A DNA stretch of 64,000 bases, from the NCBI GenBank assembly GCA_045576815.1, contig JAZNHD010000051.1, positions 995-64,994 on the forward strand, written 5' to 3'. The stretch is from Eubacteriales bacterium. GTDB taxonomy: Bacteria > Bacillota > Clostridia > Oscillospirales > CAG-272. A model generated the notes under the pieces. It did not search any database, was not told the origin of the DNA, and saw nothing but the letters and a program-made list of their open reading frames with translations. Every line of letters begins with the position of its first letter. Within the stretch, counting starts at the first letter, position 1. The position numbers and the translations under genes were made by a program. This document shows, in pieces, positions 8,013 to 18,858 of the stretch.

Positions 8013-8088
8013 TGGAGCTGCTACCCGGATTCGGACCGGGGACCTCATCCTTACCAAGGATGTGCTCTACCAGCTGAGCCATAGCAGC
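8013..8088 (-). tRNA. tRNA-Thr(GGT)
   Basis: GCTGCTATGGCTCAGCTGGTAGAGCACATCCTTGGTAAGGATG...AGCAGCTCCA; cloverleaf pairs. Confidence 0.92.
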
Positions 8089-8146
8089 ATCTCACAAGGA
8101 TATTTCCCCGTGACGCAGATTATTATATCAAATATTTTTATGTTTG

Positions 8147-9073
8147 TCAATACATTTTCGAAAAAAAGTTTGAGGCGCTTTCTTTGTACCGAGAGCCCTG
8201 TGACTCACCTGTGCTACTCAGAGTCTCGTTTATTCTCTCAATAACCCTGTGCTTGTCTCGGCACCACGTGGGCGCAAGAAGCGCATCTTTAGGCGGGTCA
8301 CCGGTTATGCGGTGTATGACTGTGTCGGGATTTGTGCGCGAGATGAGGTATGCCGCACGGCGTACGTAATCCTCCTCTGTAATGGGGGTATATTCACCGC
8401 GCTCATACATCTCTGCAAGGCGGGTGCCCTCCATAACGTAAACCGAGTGTATTTTAATGCCGAAAAGATTAAAGCGGTCAAGGTAGTCGGCGGTTTCAGA
8501 GAGCTCCGCGTCTCCCTCGCCGGGTAGACCTATCATAAGGTGAACAACTGTGGGAATCTCGAATTTTTCAAGAATTCTGACCGTTTTTTCAAACACGCCT
8601 CGGGGGTAACTGCGGTTGATGAGCTGTGCCGTTTTTTCATTTGCCGTCTGAAAACCGAGCTCTACCCACACGTCAGAGCGTGTCTTATAAGAGGCGATAA
8701 GCTCTGCGATTTCCTCGGTAATGCAGTCGGGGCGAGTGCCTATCGCAAGGATTTTTATACGGCTGTCAATAAGAGCCGCATCGTACCTTTCGCGCAAGGT
8801 ATCCGCATCTGCATAGGTGTTCGAGAAATTCTGAAAATACGCGATAAAGCCGTCATCGACTCCTGCGCCATCCAGCGCCTTCCGCACGGTTTCTTTGATG
8901 CTGAGCGCTCTGTCTATATGCTCGCCGGCACCGCGCTCACCACAAAATATGCAGCCACCCGTGCCGCATTTTCCGTCGCGGTTGGGGCAGGAAAAGCCGC
9001 CGTCAATGCATATTTTCTTAAGCCTTTTTCCGTATTTTTTTCGTAAATACCCGCTTAGGTTTTTGTAGAGCAT
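8147..9073 (-). CDS. TIGR01212 (YtqA/YhcC) radical SAM protein
   Basis: GFSCPNRDG..G..GCIFC; YFQxFSNTY; GTRPDC. Confidence 0.9.
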   Translation of the reverse strand: MLYKNLSGYLRKKYGKRLKKICIDGGFSCPNRDGKCGTGGCIFCGERGAGEHIDRALSIKETVRKALDGAGVDDGFIAYFQNFSNTYADADTLRERYDAALIDSRIKILAIGTRPDCITEEIAELIASYKTRSDVWVELGFQTANEKTAQLINRSYPRGVFEKTVRILEKFEIPTVVHLMIGLPGEGDAELSETADYLDRFNLFGIKIHSVYVMEGTRLAEMYERGEYTPITEEDYVRRAAYLISRTNPDTVIHRITGDPPKDALLAPTWCRDKHRVIERINETLSSTGESQGSRYKESASNFFSKMY

Positions 9074-10347
9074 TTAGCTTGGCGCTCCTCTGATACAATT
9101 TTGTATAGCTCCTCGGTGGCAAGGCGCACCTTTGTAACGACATCTTCCTCTGTCTTCGGGAAGCAATAATAAAGCCGCTCGTGTGTGCCAATCGCTACGA
9201 CGTCGCCTATCTCGTAAAAATTGAAGTCGGCGCATACCGTATAGGATGCAAGCGGTTTTTGCTCATAGTCAAGCTCTCCGTCGCAGCCGGTGAGATGAAA
9301 GCCCTCCTTTGTATGCAAGAGCCTGCCGTCTCCAACTCGGTAAAAAGCCTTTGTGTCCACGGTCATAAGAATTTCTACCGGCAAATCAAGACGGTATTTA
9401 TCCGAAAGCAGCTCACCTTTTACGCACTCACGCTCCCACGCGTACCAGTCGGGCACGTGGTCAAAGCGTGTGTCACCGTCCTCGGCAGAGAGTGAGCCGT
9501 ACTCGTTAAGAATATATTTTTTCTCGCACGCGGTACAGGAAAGCGTCGTGCCAAGACCTACCATCTTGCCCTCGGCAAGACAGTGAGGGCACTTATAAAG
9601 CACGCGGTTAAGACCGTCGGCACGGAAAGGCTCGTCTATTTTTATACCGTTTTCCTTTTGCCACTTAAAAGCGTCAAAGTCAAACTCGCGAGAGATTACA
9701 CCCTGTATTTCCTCGGCGCTCATTTTCCTTATTTGCTCAGAGGAGAGCAGCAGCTTTTCGGTAGCCGAAACGTTCACCTTTCTTACCTGAAGATTATTAT
9801 AGAGCGGGTCGCGCGAGAACGCTCCGTCGGTGTGAATGCTTACGACGGGTATGCCAAGCATTTTTGCAAGACGGCTTATAGTGTCGGGCACAACGGTTGC
9901 TTTGCCGTCAAAGCTATATCCCGCCTCGGGAAAGATTACTACCGAGCTTTTCAGCTTCTTAACGGTGTAAATTATATCCCTCACAAGAGTCGGGTCGCTG
10001 ACAAACTTCGTTGTAGGGATACAGCCGATAAGGCGCATAAGCGTCTCCTTACCTATAAATGCATCTGTTGTTGCAACAATATTAAAGGGACGGGGATAAA
10101 GCACCGACGACACAATCTCAAGGTCGATAAAGCTCGAGTGATTCATAATTATGAGGCAGGGCTCTCGTTTTCCAATCCCGTTCATGCCTACCCGTGTGCA
10201 TTTAAAGCGAGATTTTATTACGTCGGGCAGTGAGACGAGCTTGAGTAGCGTTCTGAAAAGTATATCGGGGCGATGCGGTTTCTTGTGCTTTCCTCTTGGG
10301 ATTGCGAGCACCTCGCTATACTTTTTATCAATTATCTTCGTTTTCAT
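9055..10347 (-). CDS. PlsC-like lysophospholipid acyltransferase
   Basis: NHSSFID and FPEA motifs; C-terminal CxxC domain. Confidence 0.8.
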   Translation of the reverse strand: MKTKIIDKKYSEVLAIPRGKHKKPHRPDILFRTLLKLVSLPDVIKSRFKCTRVGMNGIGKREPCLIIMNHSSFIDLEIVSSVLYPRPFNIVATTDAFIGKETLMRLIGCIPTTKFVSDPTLVRDIIYTVKKLKSSVVIFPEAGYSFDGKATVVPDTISRLAKMLGIPVVSIHTDGAFSRDPLYNNLQVRKVNVSATEKLLLSSEQIRKMSAEEIQGVISREFDFDAFKWQKENGIKIDEPFRADGLNRVLYKCPHCLAEGKMVGLGTTLSCTACEKKYILNEYGSLSAEDGDTRFDHVPDWYAWERECVKGELLSDKYRLDLPVEILMTVDTKAFYRVGDGRLLHTKEGFHLTGCDGELDYEQKPLASYTVCADFNFYEIGDVVAIGTHERLYYCFPKTEEDVVTKVRLATEELYKIVSEERQAKCSTKT

Positions 10348-10399
10348 CGGTTAACCTCCGAAAATTTTTGTCATAAGAATTGACAGACTCAAGTTCTTG

Positions 10400-11116
10400 T
10401 CAATTTTCTACACCCGAGATGTCACGTATTACCTCACCGGCAAGAATAAGACCGGCGACAGATGGCACGAACGAGCAGCTTGCTGGCGCGCGGCGTCCGT
10501 CACACTTTTCACCGCACTCGCAAGCGGGGTGGCGAGGCGGCTCTGTCGAATATACAACGCGCAGACGGTTTATCCCCCGTTTTCTCAGTCCTATGCGCAC
10601 GGCGCGCGCAAGGGGACATACCGAGGTTTTAGATATATCCGCGACTTTTAATGCCGTCGGGTCAAGCTTTGCGCCCGTGCCCATAGAGGATATTATTTTT
10701 ACTCCATCTTTTACACATGATTCGATAAGGTATATCTTAGCTCCTACCGAGTCAATTGCGTCGATAACGTAGTCGTAGTCTTTGAGATTTATTTTCTCAG
10801 AACACGACTCGTCATAAAAAATGTTATAGCAATTAACGGTAATATCGGGATTAATATCACTTATTCTATCTCTTGCTGCCTCGGTCTTGTACTGTCCGAC
10901 GGTGGAGTCAAGAGCGATTATCTGCCTATTGATGTTTGATACCGACACCTTGTCCGAGTCGATAAGGTCGAGTGTACCCACACCTGCGCGAGCAAGCGCC
11001 TCAACGGCGTATCCACCGACGCCGCCAATGCCGAAAATCGCAACACGGGCTCGCTGTAAGCGAGCGAGACCCTCCTTGCCGATAAGCGCTTCGGTCCTCG
11101 TATAACGGTTCTCCAT
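10400..11116 (-). CDS. tcdA: tRNA threonylcarbamoyladenosine dehydratase (ThiF family)
   Basis: GIGGVG, SNINRQ, DAID, VVYSTE motifs. Confidence 0.88.
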   Translation of the reverse strand: MENRYTRTEALIGKEGLARLQRARVAIFGIGGVGGYAVEALARAGVGTLDLIDSDKVSVSNINRQIIALDSTVGQYKTEAARDRISDINPDITVNCYNIFYDESCSEKINLKDYDYVIDAIDSVGAKIYLIESCVKDGVKIISSMGTGAKLDPTALKVADISKTSVCPLARAVRIGLRKRGINRLRVVYSTEPPRHPACECGEKCDGRRAPASCSFVPSVAGLILAGEVIRDISGVEN

Positions 11117-12171
11117 TACACCTCTCCCCGTGCAATAGCGCGAACAAGATTAAAATTCTTATCAACTATAATGAAATCGGCATCATAGCCAACCTCTATT
11201 TTGCCCTTGTTAAGCCCCATAAGCCTTGCGGGATTTTCGCTCGCCATTTTCACGGCCGTCTCCTCGGGAATACCGAAGGAGATAGCGCATTTAACACAAT
11301 TGAAAAGGGTGGAGGTCGAGCCGGCGAGGTTGCCACCTTCGGTGTAGGCGCGACCTTCTGTAACGGTTATTTTCTGACCGCCGAAATCATAAGTTCCGTC
11401 GCCAAGACCTGTCGCTCGCATAGCGTCGCTTATGAGGACGGTTTTATCCTCGCCGTAGAGCTTAATCAGCATACGCACCGCAGCGGGATGTACATGCACG
11501 CCGTCTGAGATAAGCTCGGCGTAAGCGCCGCACTCAGCACCTGCAGGTATAGGACCGGGGGCTCGGTGGTGAATACCGGGCATGACGTTATAAGTATGCG
11601 TCAGAGAGGTGGCACCCGCCAAAAACGCAGCACGGGCGGTATCGTAATCGGTGTCGGTGTGTCCTATCGACACCTGCGCAGGACAAGCCTTTATAAATTC
11701 AAGCGCACCCTCGACCTCGGGGGCAACGGTAATTCTTTTAACGTTCTTGCACTTGTTGAAAAGCTCCATTGTGGGCGCAATAACGTATTTTTCGTTCTGT
11801 GCACCCTTGTATTTTACGTTAATAAACGGGCCTTCCATATGAAAGCCTGGGATATTAGCGCCGTGACCGAAGTTAATGTCACCCTCGCACGCGGCAATAA
11901 TATCCTCCTCGCTCATAGTCATAGTGGTGGGATACCACGTGGTTGTACCGTTTGCAAGCTGGTAGTCCGCCATAACGGGAAGGCCGCCATCCATTGTATC
12001 GTTACCTATGTAGCCGTGACCGTGCAGGTCTATAAGACCGGGGTAAATTTTGCACCCTCCAAAGTTTGTGCCCGTCTCGTCTGTTTTATCTATTGACACG
12101 ATTTTGCCATCCGAGACGGTAATATCTGTTATTTTTCCGTAGAGATTTACGTTTTTAATTACGGCTCTCAA
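11116..12171 (-). CDS. nagA: N-acetylglucosamine-6-phosphate deacetylase
   Basis: PGLIDLHGHG, HMEGPF, KGAQ, DGVHVHP, LAGS; TTG start inferred from RBS. Confidence 0.92.
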   Translation of the reverse strand: MRAVIKNVNLYGKITDITVSDGKIVSIDKTDETGTNFGGCKIYPGLIDLHGHGYIGNDTMDGGLPVMADYQLANGTTTWYPTTMTMSEEDIIAACEGDINFGHGANIPGFHMEGPFINVKYKGAQNEKYVIAPTMELFNKCKNVKRITVAPEVEGALEFIKACPAQVSIGHTDTDYDTARAAFLAGATSLTHTYNVMPGIHHRAPGPIPAGAECGAYAELISDGVHVHPAAVRMLIKLYGEDKTVLISDAMRATGLGDGTYDFGGQKITVTEGRAYTEGGNLAGSTSTLFNCVKCAISFGIPEETAVKMASENPARLMGLNKGKIEVGYDADFIIVDKNFNLVRAIARGEV

Positions 12172-12317
12172 AACAGTCCTCCAAAAAATTCTCACCTTAA
12201 TTATATAATCATTATATAATTTCCGCGGGTAAAAGTCAATATGAGAATTTTCTATTGCATTTGAGAATCGGATTATGTATAATAAAGATGTAGAATTTTC
12301 TTGACTCGGAGGACGTT

Positions 12318-13862
12318 ATGCTCTCAAAAATTTACAGCTGCGGCGTATTTGGAATAGACGGATTTGAGGTAACGGTGGAGTGCAGTGCGTGGGATAGGAT
12401 TCCGCGCTTTGAGCTCGTCGGGCTGCCCGACGCGGCGGTTAAAGAAGCAAAGGGACGGGTACAGTCCGCGTGTGAAAACAGCGGTTTTTCTTTTCCCGCA
12501 CTCGATATAATGATAAATCTCGCGCCGGCTGACGTCAAAAAAGAGGGCTCGGCGTTTGACCTTGCTATACTCGCCGCTATTTTGCAGTGTGATAGAAGAA
12601 TTCCCTCCGAATACGATTTTTCGGATAAATGCATCGTAGGTGAGCTCTCTCTGTCGGGTGAGGTACGCCCGATAGGCGGTGTTTTACCTATGGCGCTTGC
12701 CGCGCGCGCGGCCGGAAAGCGCGAGATTTTCGTACCTCTTGCCAATGCAGGTGAAGCATCGGTGGTAGACGGAATTACCGTTTACGGAGTTTCCACGGTA
12801 AACGAGCTTATTAATCATATCAAGGGCGTACAGGCGCTCTCTCCTACAAGATTTGACAAAGCGAGCTTTGATCTTTCTGCCCGTATTGGCGGCCCTGATT
12901 TTTCTGAGGTCAGAGGACAGCTTAAGGCAAAGCGCGCGCTTGAGGTTGCAGCCGCGGGCGGTCATAACGTGCTTATGATAGGCCCTCCGGGCGCGGGAAA
13001 GTCAATGCTTGCAAAAAGGCTCTCTACAATTTTGCCGAATATGTCCTTTGAGGAAGCGGTAGAAACCACAAAAATACAGTCGGTTGCGGGCACTCTGCGC
13101 ACTAATCTCGTGACCGAACGTCCCTTTCGCTCTCCTCACCACACGGTGAGTGTTGCAGGGCTCGTTGGCGGCGGCACTGTGCCTCGCCCCGGTGAGATAT
13201 CACTTTCTCATAACGGTATACTCTTCCTTGACGAGCTTCCTGAGTTTTCAAAATCTGTGACCGAGTCGCTCCGTCAGCCGCTTGAGGACGGGCGCGTGAC
13301 CGTGACGCGCGCAAACGCGAAAATTACATACCCCTCAACTTTTATGCTCGTTTGCGCTATGAACCCCTGTAAGTGCGGCTACTTCGGAGACCCGTCAAGA
13401 CAGTGCACCTGCTCGCCTGCCGCGAGGACTAAGTATCTTGAGCGCGTTAGCGGACCGCTGCTTGACAGAATTGATATCGAAATAGAGCTGCCTTCGGTTT
13501 CCTATAACGAGATTTCCGGCATTACTGCGGGAGGTGAGCCGTCGGAGAAAATAAGAGAGAGGGTGAATGCGGCACGCGCCTTTACCGACAAAAGACTCCG
13601 CTCGGGCGGAGACAAAGCGGGAACGCTTAATGCTAATATGACTCCCGATATGCTTCACAGATACTGTGTGCCGACGGAAGAGGGCAGAGAGCTTTTGCGT
13701 GAGGCGTTTGACACCCTCGGACTTTCTGCGCGCGGACACGACAGAGTCTTAAAGGTAGCGAGGACTATCGCCGACCTTGACGGTGCTATAGAAATTGGTG
13801 CCGACCATATTGCAGAGGCGATAATGTACCGCTCGCTTGACAGAAAGTACTGGAGAAGATAA
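12318..13862 (+). CDS. comM: YifB/ComM Mg-chelatase-like AAA ATPase
   Basis: VGLPDAAVKEA, GPPGAGKS, FRSPHH, LFLDELPEF. Confidence 0.92.
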   Translation: MLSKIYSCGVFGIDGFEVTVECSAWDRIPRFELVGLPDAAVKEAKGRVQSACENSGFSFPALDIMINLAPADVKKEGSAFDLAILAAILQCDRRIPSEYDFSDKCIVGELSLSGEVRPIGGVLPMALAARAAGKREIFVPLANAGEASVVDGITVYGVSTVNELINHIKGVQALSPTRFDKASFDLSARIGGPDFSEVRGQLKAKRALEVAAAGGHNVLMIGPPGAGKSMLAKRLSTILPNMSFEEAVETTKIQSVAGTLRTNLVTERPFRSPHHTVSVAGLVGGGTVPRPGEISLSHNGILFLDELPEFSKSVTESLRQPLEDGRVTVTRANAKITYPSTFMLVCAMNPCKCGYFGDPSRQCTCSPAARTKYLERVSGPLLDRIDIEIELPSVSYNEISGITAGGEPSEKIRERVNAARAFTDKRLRSGGDKAGTLNANMTPDMLHRYCVPTEEGRELLREAFDTLGLSARGHDRVLKVARTIADLDGAIEIGADHIAEAIMYRSLDRKYWRR

Positions 13863-15907
13863 TGAAAAGGTTAAGTGAGTTGCCGGAGCTTCTCGCCCCG
13901 GCGGGAGATTTTGAAAGCCTCGTTGCCGCCGTAAGCGCAGGTGCTAATGCGGTTTACGTCGGAGGGAAGCGCTTTGGTGCAAGAGCCTATGCTAAAAATT
14001 TTGATACCGATGAGCTTTCCCGCGCTGTGAGGTACTGCCATCTTCACGGGGTAAGGCTTTACGTCACCGTAAACACCCTCATCTATGATAAAGAGATGGA
14101 CGAGGTTGTGAATTTTGCGCGCACGCTCTACGAGATAGGTGTTGATGCGCTTATTATTGCCGATATTGGCGCGATATCCGAGATACGTCGTGCTGTTCCT
14201 AACCTTGAGCTTCACGCATCAACTCAGATGTCGGTGCATAATACGCCGGGGGCGGATGCCGCGGCAGAGCTTGGCTGCAGCCGTGTTGTGCTTGCGCGCG
14301 AGCTTTCGTATTCTGATATAGTTAGCGTTACGGAGAGCTGCATTGCCGAGGTTGAGGTGTTTTTACACGGTGCGCTATGCGTGTGCCATTCCGGTCAGTG
14401 CCTGTTTTCCTCTCTTGTCGGGGGTAGGAGCGGCAACAGGGGAGAGTGTGCCCAGCCGTGCAGACTTCCGTATAATGGGTCGTATCCTCTCTCGCTTTCC
14501 GACCTTTCGCTCGCGGATCACATTTCGGAGCTTATAGATTCGGGCGTGGCTTCGCTTAAAATCGAGGGGCGGATGAAATCTCCTGACTACGTATATACCG
14601 TTACGAAAATTTACCGTTCGCTTCTCGATGCTCGCCGTATGCCGACGCCGGAAGAGAAGAGAGAGCTGCGCTCAGCCTTTTCCCGAGGAGAATTTACCGA
14701 CGGATATTTTACGGGTAAAATAGAGAAAAGGATGACCGGCACGCGCACGGATGAGGACAAGGGGCTCTCGAAAAACCGAGAGAGCCGTTCATTTGAGATA
14801 GAGCGGATACCCGTTAAAGCCAAGGTTACAATGCGGCTTGGTGAGCCATCGGAAATGACGCTCTGCGGCAGCGGCCGCTCAGTCACTGTCAGAGGCGCTG
14901 TACCCGAGGCGGCAAGACAGTCACCGCTTTCGCGCGAGACGGTATTAGAACGGCTTTCGAGGATGGGAAACACCTTTCTTTCGCTTGCCACGTGTGATAT
15001 AGAGCTTTCTCTTGACGAGGGCATAAATCTTTCTCCCGCTGCGATAAACGCGTTAAGGCGCAAGGCGTCAGATGCATTTGAATATACGGGAAGAGAGCCT
15101 GCTATGTCTTTTCCGGGACGGAAGCATGCGAAAAAGACAGGAAAAAGACTTAGAACTGCTCTTTATCTTGACGAGTGCGCCTTTCATGAGTCAAAGGGCT
15201 CACAGGACGAAAATATAGACGTATCCTTTTTGCCGCTTTTCTCGGAATCGTTTGAGGGTGCAAACGGAGTATATCTTCCGCCCGTGATTATGGAGTCGGA
15301 GATAATGGCGGTCAGAGAAAGACTTGAGGCGGTCAAAAAACAGGGCGTTTTGTATACTTTGGTTGGCAATATTGGTGGTATTTCGCTCTCGAAGGAGCTT
15401 GGATTTATTCCGATAGGTGACTTTAGGCTTAACGTTACAAACTGCTCATCTGCCGCCGTATATGCAGAGATGGGAGTAGAGGACTTGATACTGTCTCCGG
15501 AGCTCACACTCCCGCAGGCGCGAGATATCGGCGGTGCCGTAATCAGCTACGGCAGAATACCTCTTATGATAACCGAGCGCTGCTTTGTACGCGATAAGGC
15601 GGGCTGCTCCGCTTGCGGTAAATTCTCGCTTGTTGACAGGCTCGGCGAGAGATTTCCGATAATAAGAGAGTGGGAGCACCGAAATCTTATTCTTAATTCG
15701 CGCCTTACCTATATGGGTGATAAAAAAGACGAGCTTTCCGTCCTTGGACTTTCCTCGCACCTTATATTCACTACTGAAGATGCTGAAGAAATTCGAGATG
15801 CGAAAAGCAGAATTTCAAAAGGGCAGACACTTTCCGCCACCGAGATACGCAGGGTTGGCAAGAGAGCCGGCAAAAGCCACACAATCAAAAAAATTAAGAG
15901 AAAATGA
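13862..15907 (+). CDS. U32 family protein (RlhA-like, long form)
   Basis: PELLAPAG, HASTQ, RSGNRGECAQPCR, KIEGRMK. Confidence 0.88.
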   Translation: MKRLSELPELLAPAGDFESLVAAVSAGANAVYVGGKRFGARAYAKNFDTDELSRAVRYCHLHGVRLYVTVNTLIYDKEMDEVVNFARTLYEIGVDALIIADIGAISEIRRAVPNLELHASTQMSVHNTPGADAAAELGCSRVVLARELSYSDIVSVTESCIAEVEVFLHGALCVCHSGQCLFSSLVGGRSGNRGECAQPCRLPYNGSYPLSLSDLSLADHISELIDSGVASLKIEGRMKSPDYVYTVTKIYRSLLDARRMPTPEEKRELRSAFSRGEFTDGYFTGKIEKRMTGTRTDEDKGLSKNRESRSFEIERIPVKAKVTMRLGEPSEMTLCGSGRSVTVRGAVPEAARQSPLSRETVLERLSRMGNTFLSLATCDIELSLDEGINLSPAAINALRRKASDAFEYTGREPAMSFPGRKHAKKTGKRLRTALYLDECAFHESKGSQDENIDVSFLPLFSESFEGANGVYLPPVIMESEIMAVRERLEAVKKQGVLYTLVGNIGGISLSKELGFIPIGDFRLNVTNCSSAAVYAEMGVEDLILSPELTLPQARDIGGAVISYGRIPLMITERCFVRDKAGCSACGKFSLVDRLGERFPIIREWEHRNLILNSRLTYMGDKKDELSVLGLSSHLIFTTEDAEEIRDAKSRISKGQTLSATEIRRVGKRAGKSHTIKKIKRK

Positions 15908-15980
15908 AAACAAAAAGAAGCGAAAGATGACACGTCCCTCGGCAAATGGCCATTAGGTTCGTTCATTTTCGCTTCTTTTT

Positions 15981-17195
15981 TCAGTTATGCTCCTTCTCAG
16001 TTGTGCCCATGCCGCTTGTTATCGTTGCGGAGACAGTGTGAGTTGCGCCCCCGCGCTCTATAACTAGAGTTACGGTGCCCTCAGGGCGTGCCCAAAACAT
16101 CATTTCATTGATGTGATAGAGTGCGGTGACGGGCATTGATTTACCGTCCACTGTGATTTCGGTTATTGAGTCGCCAACCTGAACGGAAGCGTAAAGTGGC
16201 GAATTTCTCTGAATACCGGTTATCACCACGCGAGCCTTGCTCACTATTTCACCGTTCTCGTCAACTTCAATGGAGCGCTCTGCCTCGGACAACGTGACAC
16301 GGAGAGTGTACGTGCACAGTCCCTTATGATCTGCATTCTCGTGATAAATAAGGTTTTCGACAATTGCAACAGCGAGATTTATAGGTATTGCGTAGGCGAT
16401 GTTATCAACCTTTTCTCCTATCTTTTTTGCATTTACGATGCCGACGAGTTTGCCCTGTGAATCAAACAGTCCTCCACCCGAGTTACCCTCGTTTACCGGT
16501 GTGTCAATTCTCATAACCCGTACAGTTATGTCGGTGTAGCCGTCAGCACCGTCCATAGTGAGCTCTTCCGAGGCAACGCTTATCGAGCCCTTTGTCGCCG
16601 AGATGCCTTCTCCCTCGGCATTGCCTACTGCTATAACCGATTCGAGAACACGCAAGTCATCCGAGTCACCGAGCTCCGCTGCGCGCACCGGAGCTTCCTT
16701 TAAAAGCTGACTACCCGTAACCTTAAGCACGGCTATATCGTAATAAAACGAGCCGCGAACGTATTCAGCCTTGATAGCATAGGGCTCTGCCTCAAGTCCA
16801 TAAAGATAAATTTCTATGTCTTGGCTGATTTTTTTATAGGCTTTGGCTTCCCGGTAATAAACAACGTGATAATTGGTGATTATATAGGCGTCTCCCGTAT
16901 CCTTGTCAAGCTTGTAAATTACACCGCTGCCTGCCATGGTGCGTGTTTTATCGATGTTGGTTTCAAAGCTTGCGAGAACAGCTACCGAGGATAAAAGCGT
17001 GCTTCTCTGCGCGGTAAGGTTGTCACCATTGTTATCCGTATTGTCACCGCCATCTGTTGCGCCGTCATTCAGCTTGTCAAGCACGCTATCGAAAAAACCA
17101 AGCGTATAAGAGCAGGATGAAAGCGAAAGTGTCGAGCCTAAGAGGAGTGATAGAGTGAGTATAAGTGTGACAAATTTTTTTAAATACGTTTCCAT
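15981..17195 (-). CDS. HtrA/S1C serine protease lipoprotein with PDZ-like domain
   Basis: ITNYHVV, DIAVL, GNSGG catalytic triad; LSSC lipobox. Confidence 0.88.
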   Translation of the reverse strand: METYLKKFVTLILTLSLLLGSTLSLSSCSYTLGFFDSVLDKLNDGATDGGDNTDNNGDNLTAQRSTLLSSVAVLASFETNIDKTRTMAGSGVIYKLDKDTGDAYIITNYHVVYYREAKAYKKISQDIEIYLYGLEAEPYAIKAEYVRGSFYYDIAVLKVTGSQLLKEAPVRAAELGDSDDLRVLESVIAVGNAEGEGISATKGSISVASEELTMDGADGYTDITVRVMRIDTPVNEGNSGGGLFDSQGKLVGIVNAKKIGEKVDNIAYAIPINLAVAIVENLIYHENADHKGLCTYTLRVTLSEAERSIEVDENGEIVSKARVVITGIQRNSPLYASVQVGDSITEITVDGKSMPVTALYHINEMMFWARPEGTVTLVIERGGATHTVSATITSGMGTTEKEHN

Positions 17196-17366
17196 AGAAT
17201 ACTCTCCGGGGAAAATACTGTTAGAAATATTATACACTATCTTTGTTAACTTAATGTTAATAAAACAAATTTTTTCTTTCCTTTAGAGAAAAAGACCTTT
17301 TGGCTTGACAGGACGCTCGTAAAATGGTATACTAAAGTAGTAAAAAATACGAAAAGAGGTTTTTAG

Positions 17367-18152
17367 ATGTCGGTCGCAATAATAACCGGAGCATCAAGCG
17401 GAATTGGTGCGGAGTTTGCCCGTCAGCTTGCATCGCGCGGAATAGACGAGCTCTGGCTTGTAGCAAGGCGACGGGAGCGAATGGTGTCGCTCGGAGAGGC
17501 GCTCGGAGTAAAATACAAGATAATAGAGGCAGACCTTGCCACACGCGAAGGAATAGATGAGGTAGCGGCAGCGCTCGAAAAAGATAGACCCCGTGTTAAA
17601 TTTTTCATAAGCGCCGCAGGGTTTGGAGATTTCGGCAGCTTTGATGAGATAACTTTCGAATGCGTGGAAAAGATGATAGACCTTAACGTCAAGGCGAGCG
17701 TCACACTCACCCATGCGGTTGTTCCGTATATGGAAAAAGGCGGACGAATAATAACGCTCGGCTCGGGCTCTGCATTTACACCGTTGCCGTATTTTAACGT
17801 TTACGCGGCGAGTAAGGCGTTTATTCTTCATTACACAAAGGCATTAAACTATGAGATAAAGAAATACGGACTCAGGGCCACCTGCTTTTGTCCAGGATGG
17901 GTAGATACCGAGTTTATAGAAAAGGCTTCAGAGCGCTCTGACGTCACGATGCCAAAGCCGTCGGCATTTCATCCGCTTCTTAATTGCCGACGCGTAGTTA
18001 AAGGCTGCATTCGCGCAGCCGAGCGCGGAAAATCAATGTACGTTACGGGGCTATTTACCAAAATGCAGCACGTGCTATATAAGCTAGTGCCCGATTCCAT
18101 ACTTTCTCGCGCGTGGCTCACGATGCTAAAATCGCCCGAGGAAAAGAGATAG
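17367..18152 (+). CDS. SDR family oxidoreductase
   Basis: TGASSGIG; YAASK. Confidence 0.9.
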   Translation: MSVAIITGASSGIGAEFARQLASRGIDELWLVARRRERMVSLGEALGVKYKIIEADLATREGIDEVAAALEKDRPRVKFFISAAGFGDFGSFDEITFECVEKMIDLNVKASVTLTHAVVPYMEKGGRIITLGSGSAFTPLPYFNVYAASKAFILHYTKALNYEIKKYGLRATCFCPGWVDTEFIEKASERSDVTMPKPSAFHPLLNCRRVVKGCIRAAERGKSMYVTGLFTKMQHVLYKLVPDSILSRAWLTMLKSPEEKR

Positions 18153-18183
18153 AAGCCCACTTAAAAAACAAGAGGAAAAGGCT

Positions 18184-18858
18184 ATGAAAAAGAGAATTTC
18201 GCTTGCCCCCGGCGCCTTGACGGCACCGCTGCCCCCCGTTCTCGTCACGGTAGGCGCTGGTGAGAGGGCAAATATGATAACGATAGGCTGGACGGGAATT
18301 TTGGCAACCCAGCCGCCGAAAACCTATATATCGGTAAGACCTACGCGTCACTCGCATTCGCTGCTTTCAGAGACACCCGAGTTCGTTATAAACCTGCCGA
18401 CCGAGGAGCTTGCGCGCGAGGTGGACTACGCAGGAATATACACCGGCGCCAAGGTGGACAAGTTTAAAAACACAGGGCTAACGAGAATAGAAAGCGACAA
18501 GGTCGCTCCGCCCTCGATAGCCGAGTGTCCTCTGTCTATAGAGTGCCGTGTGTGTGAGGTTGTGACTATGGGCTCTCACGATGTATTCATTGCGGATATA
18601 GTTGGCGTTAGCTGTCGCGAGGATATAATGGATGAGGCGGGAAAAATAAGACTCGACAGAGCAAGGCTGCTTGCCTACGCGCACGGCGAGTATTTTGCGC
18701 TCGGGGAAAAGCTCGGTAGATTCGGTTTTTCAACCGATAAGCCGAAAAAGGACACACCCCGTGTTAAGAAAAACTGCAAAGCAGTGTCGGATAAGGGTAA
18801 ACCGCACGGTCCGCGTGCCAAGGCCCGTCGCGCGAGAAGGGAAGGTAAAGAGCTGTGA
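18184..18858 (+). CDS. Flavin reductase family protein
   Basis: PLPPVLVT, EFVINLP, ECPLSIEC, GSHD. Confidence 0.88.
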   Translation: MKKRISLAPGALTAPLPPVLVTVGAGERANMITIGWTGILATQPPKTYISVRPTRHSHSLLSETPEFVINLPTEELAREVDYAGIYTGAKVDKFKNTGLTRIESDKVAPPSIAECPLSIECRVCEVVTMGSHDVFIADIVGVSCREDIMDEAGKIRLDRARLLAYAHGEYFALGEKLGRFGFSTDKPKKDTPRVKKNCKAVSDKGKPHGPRAKARRARREGKEL

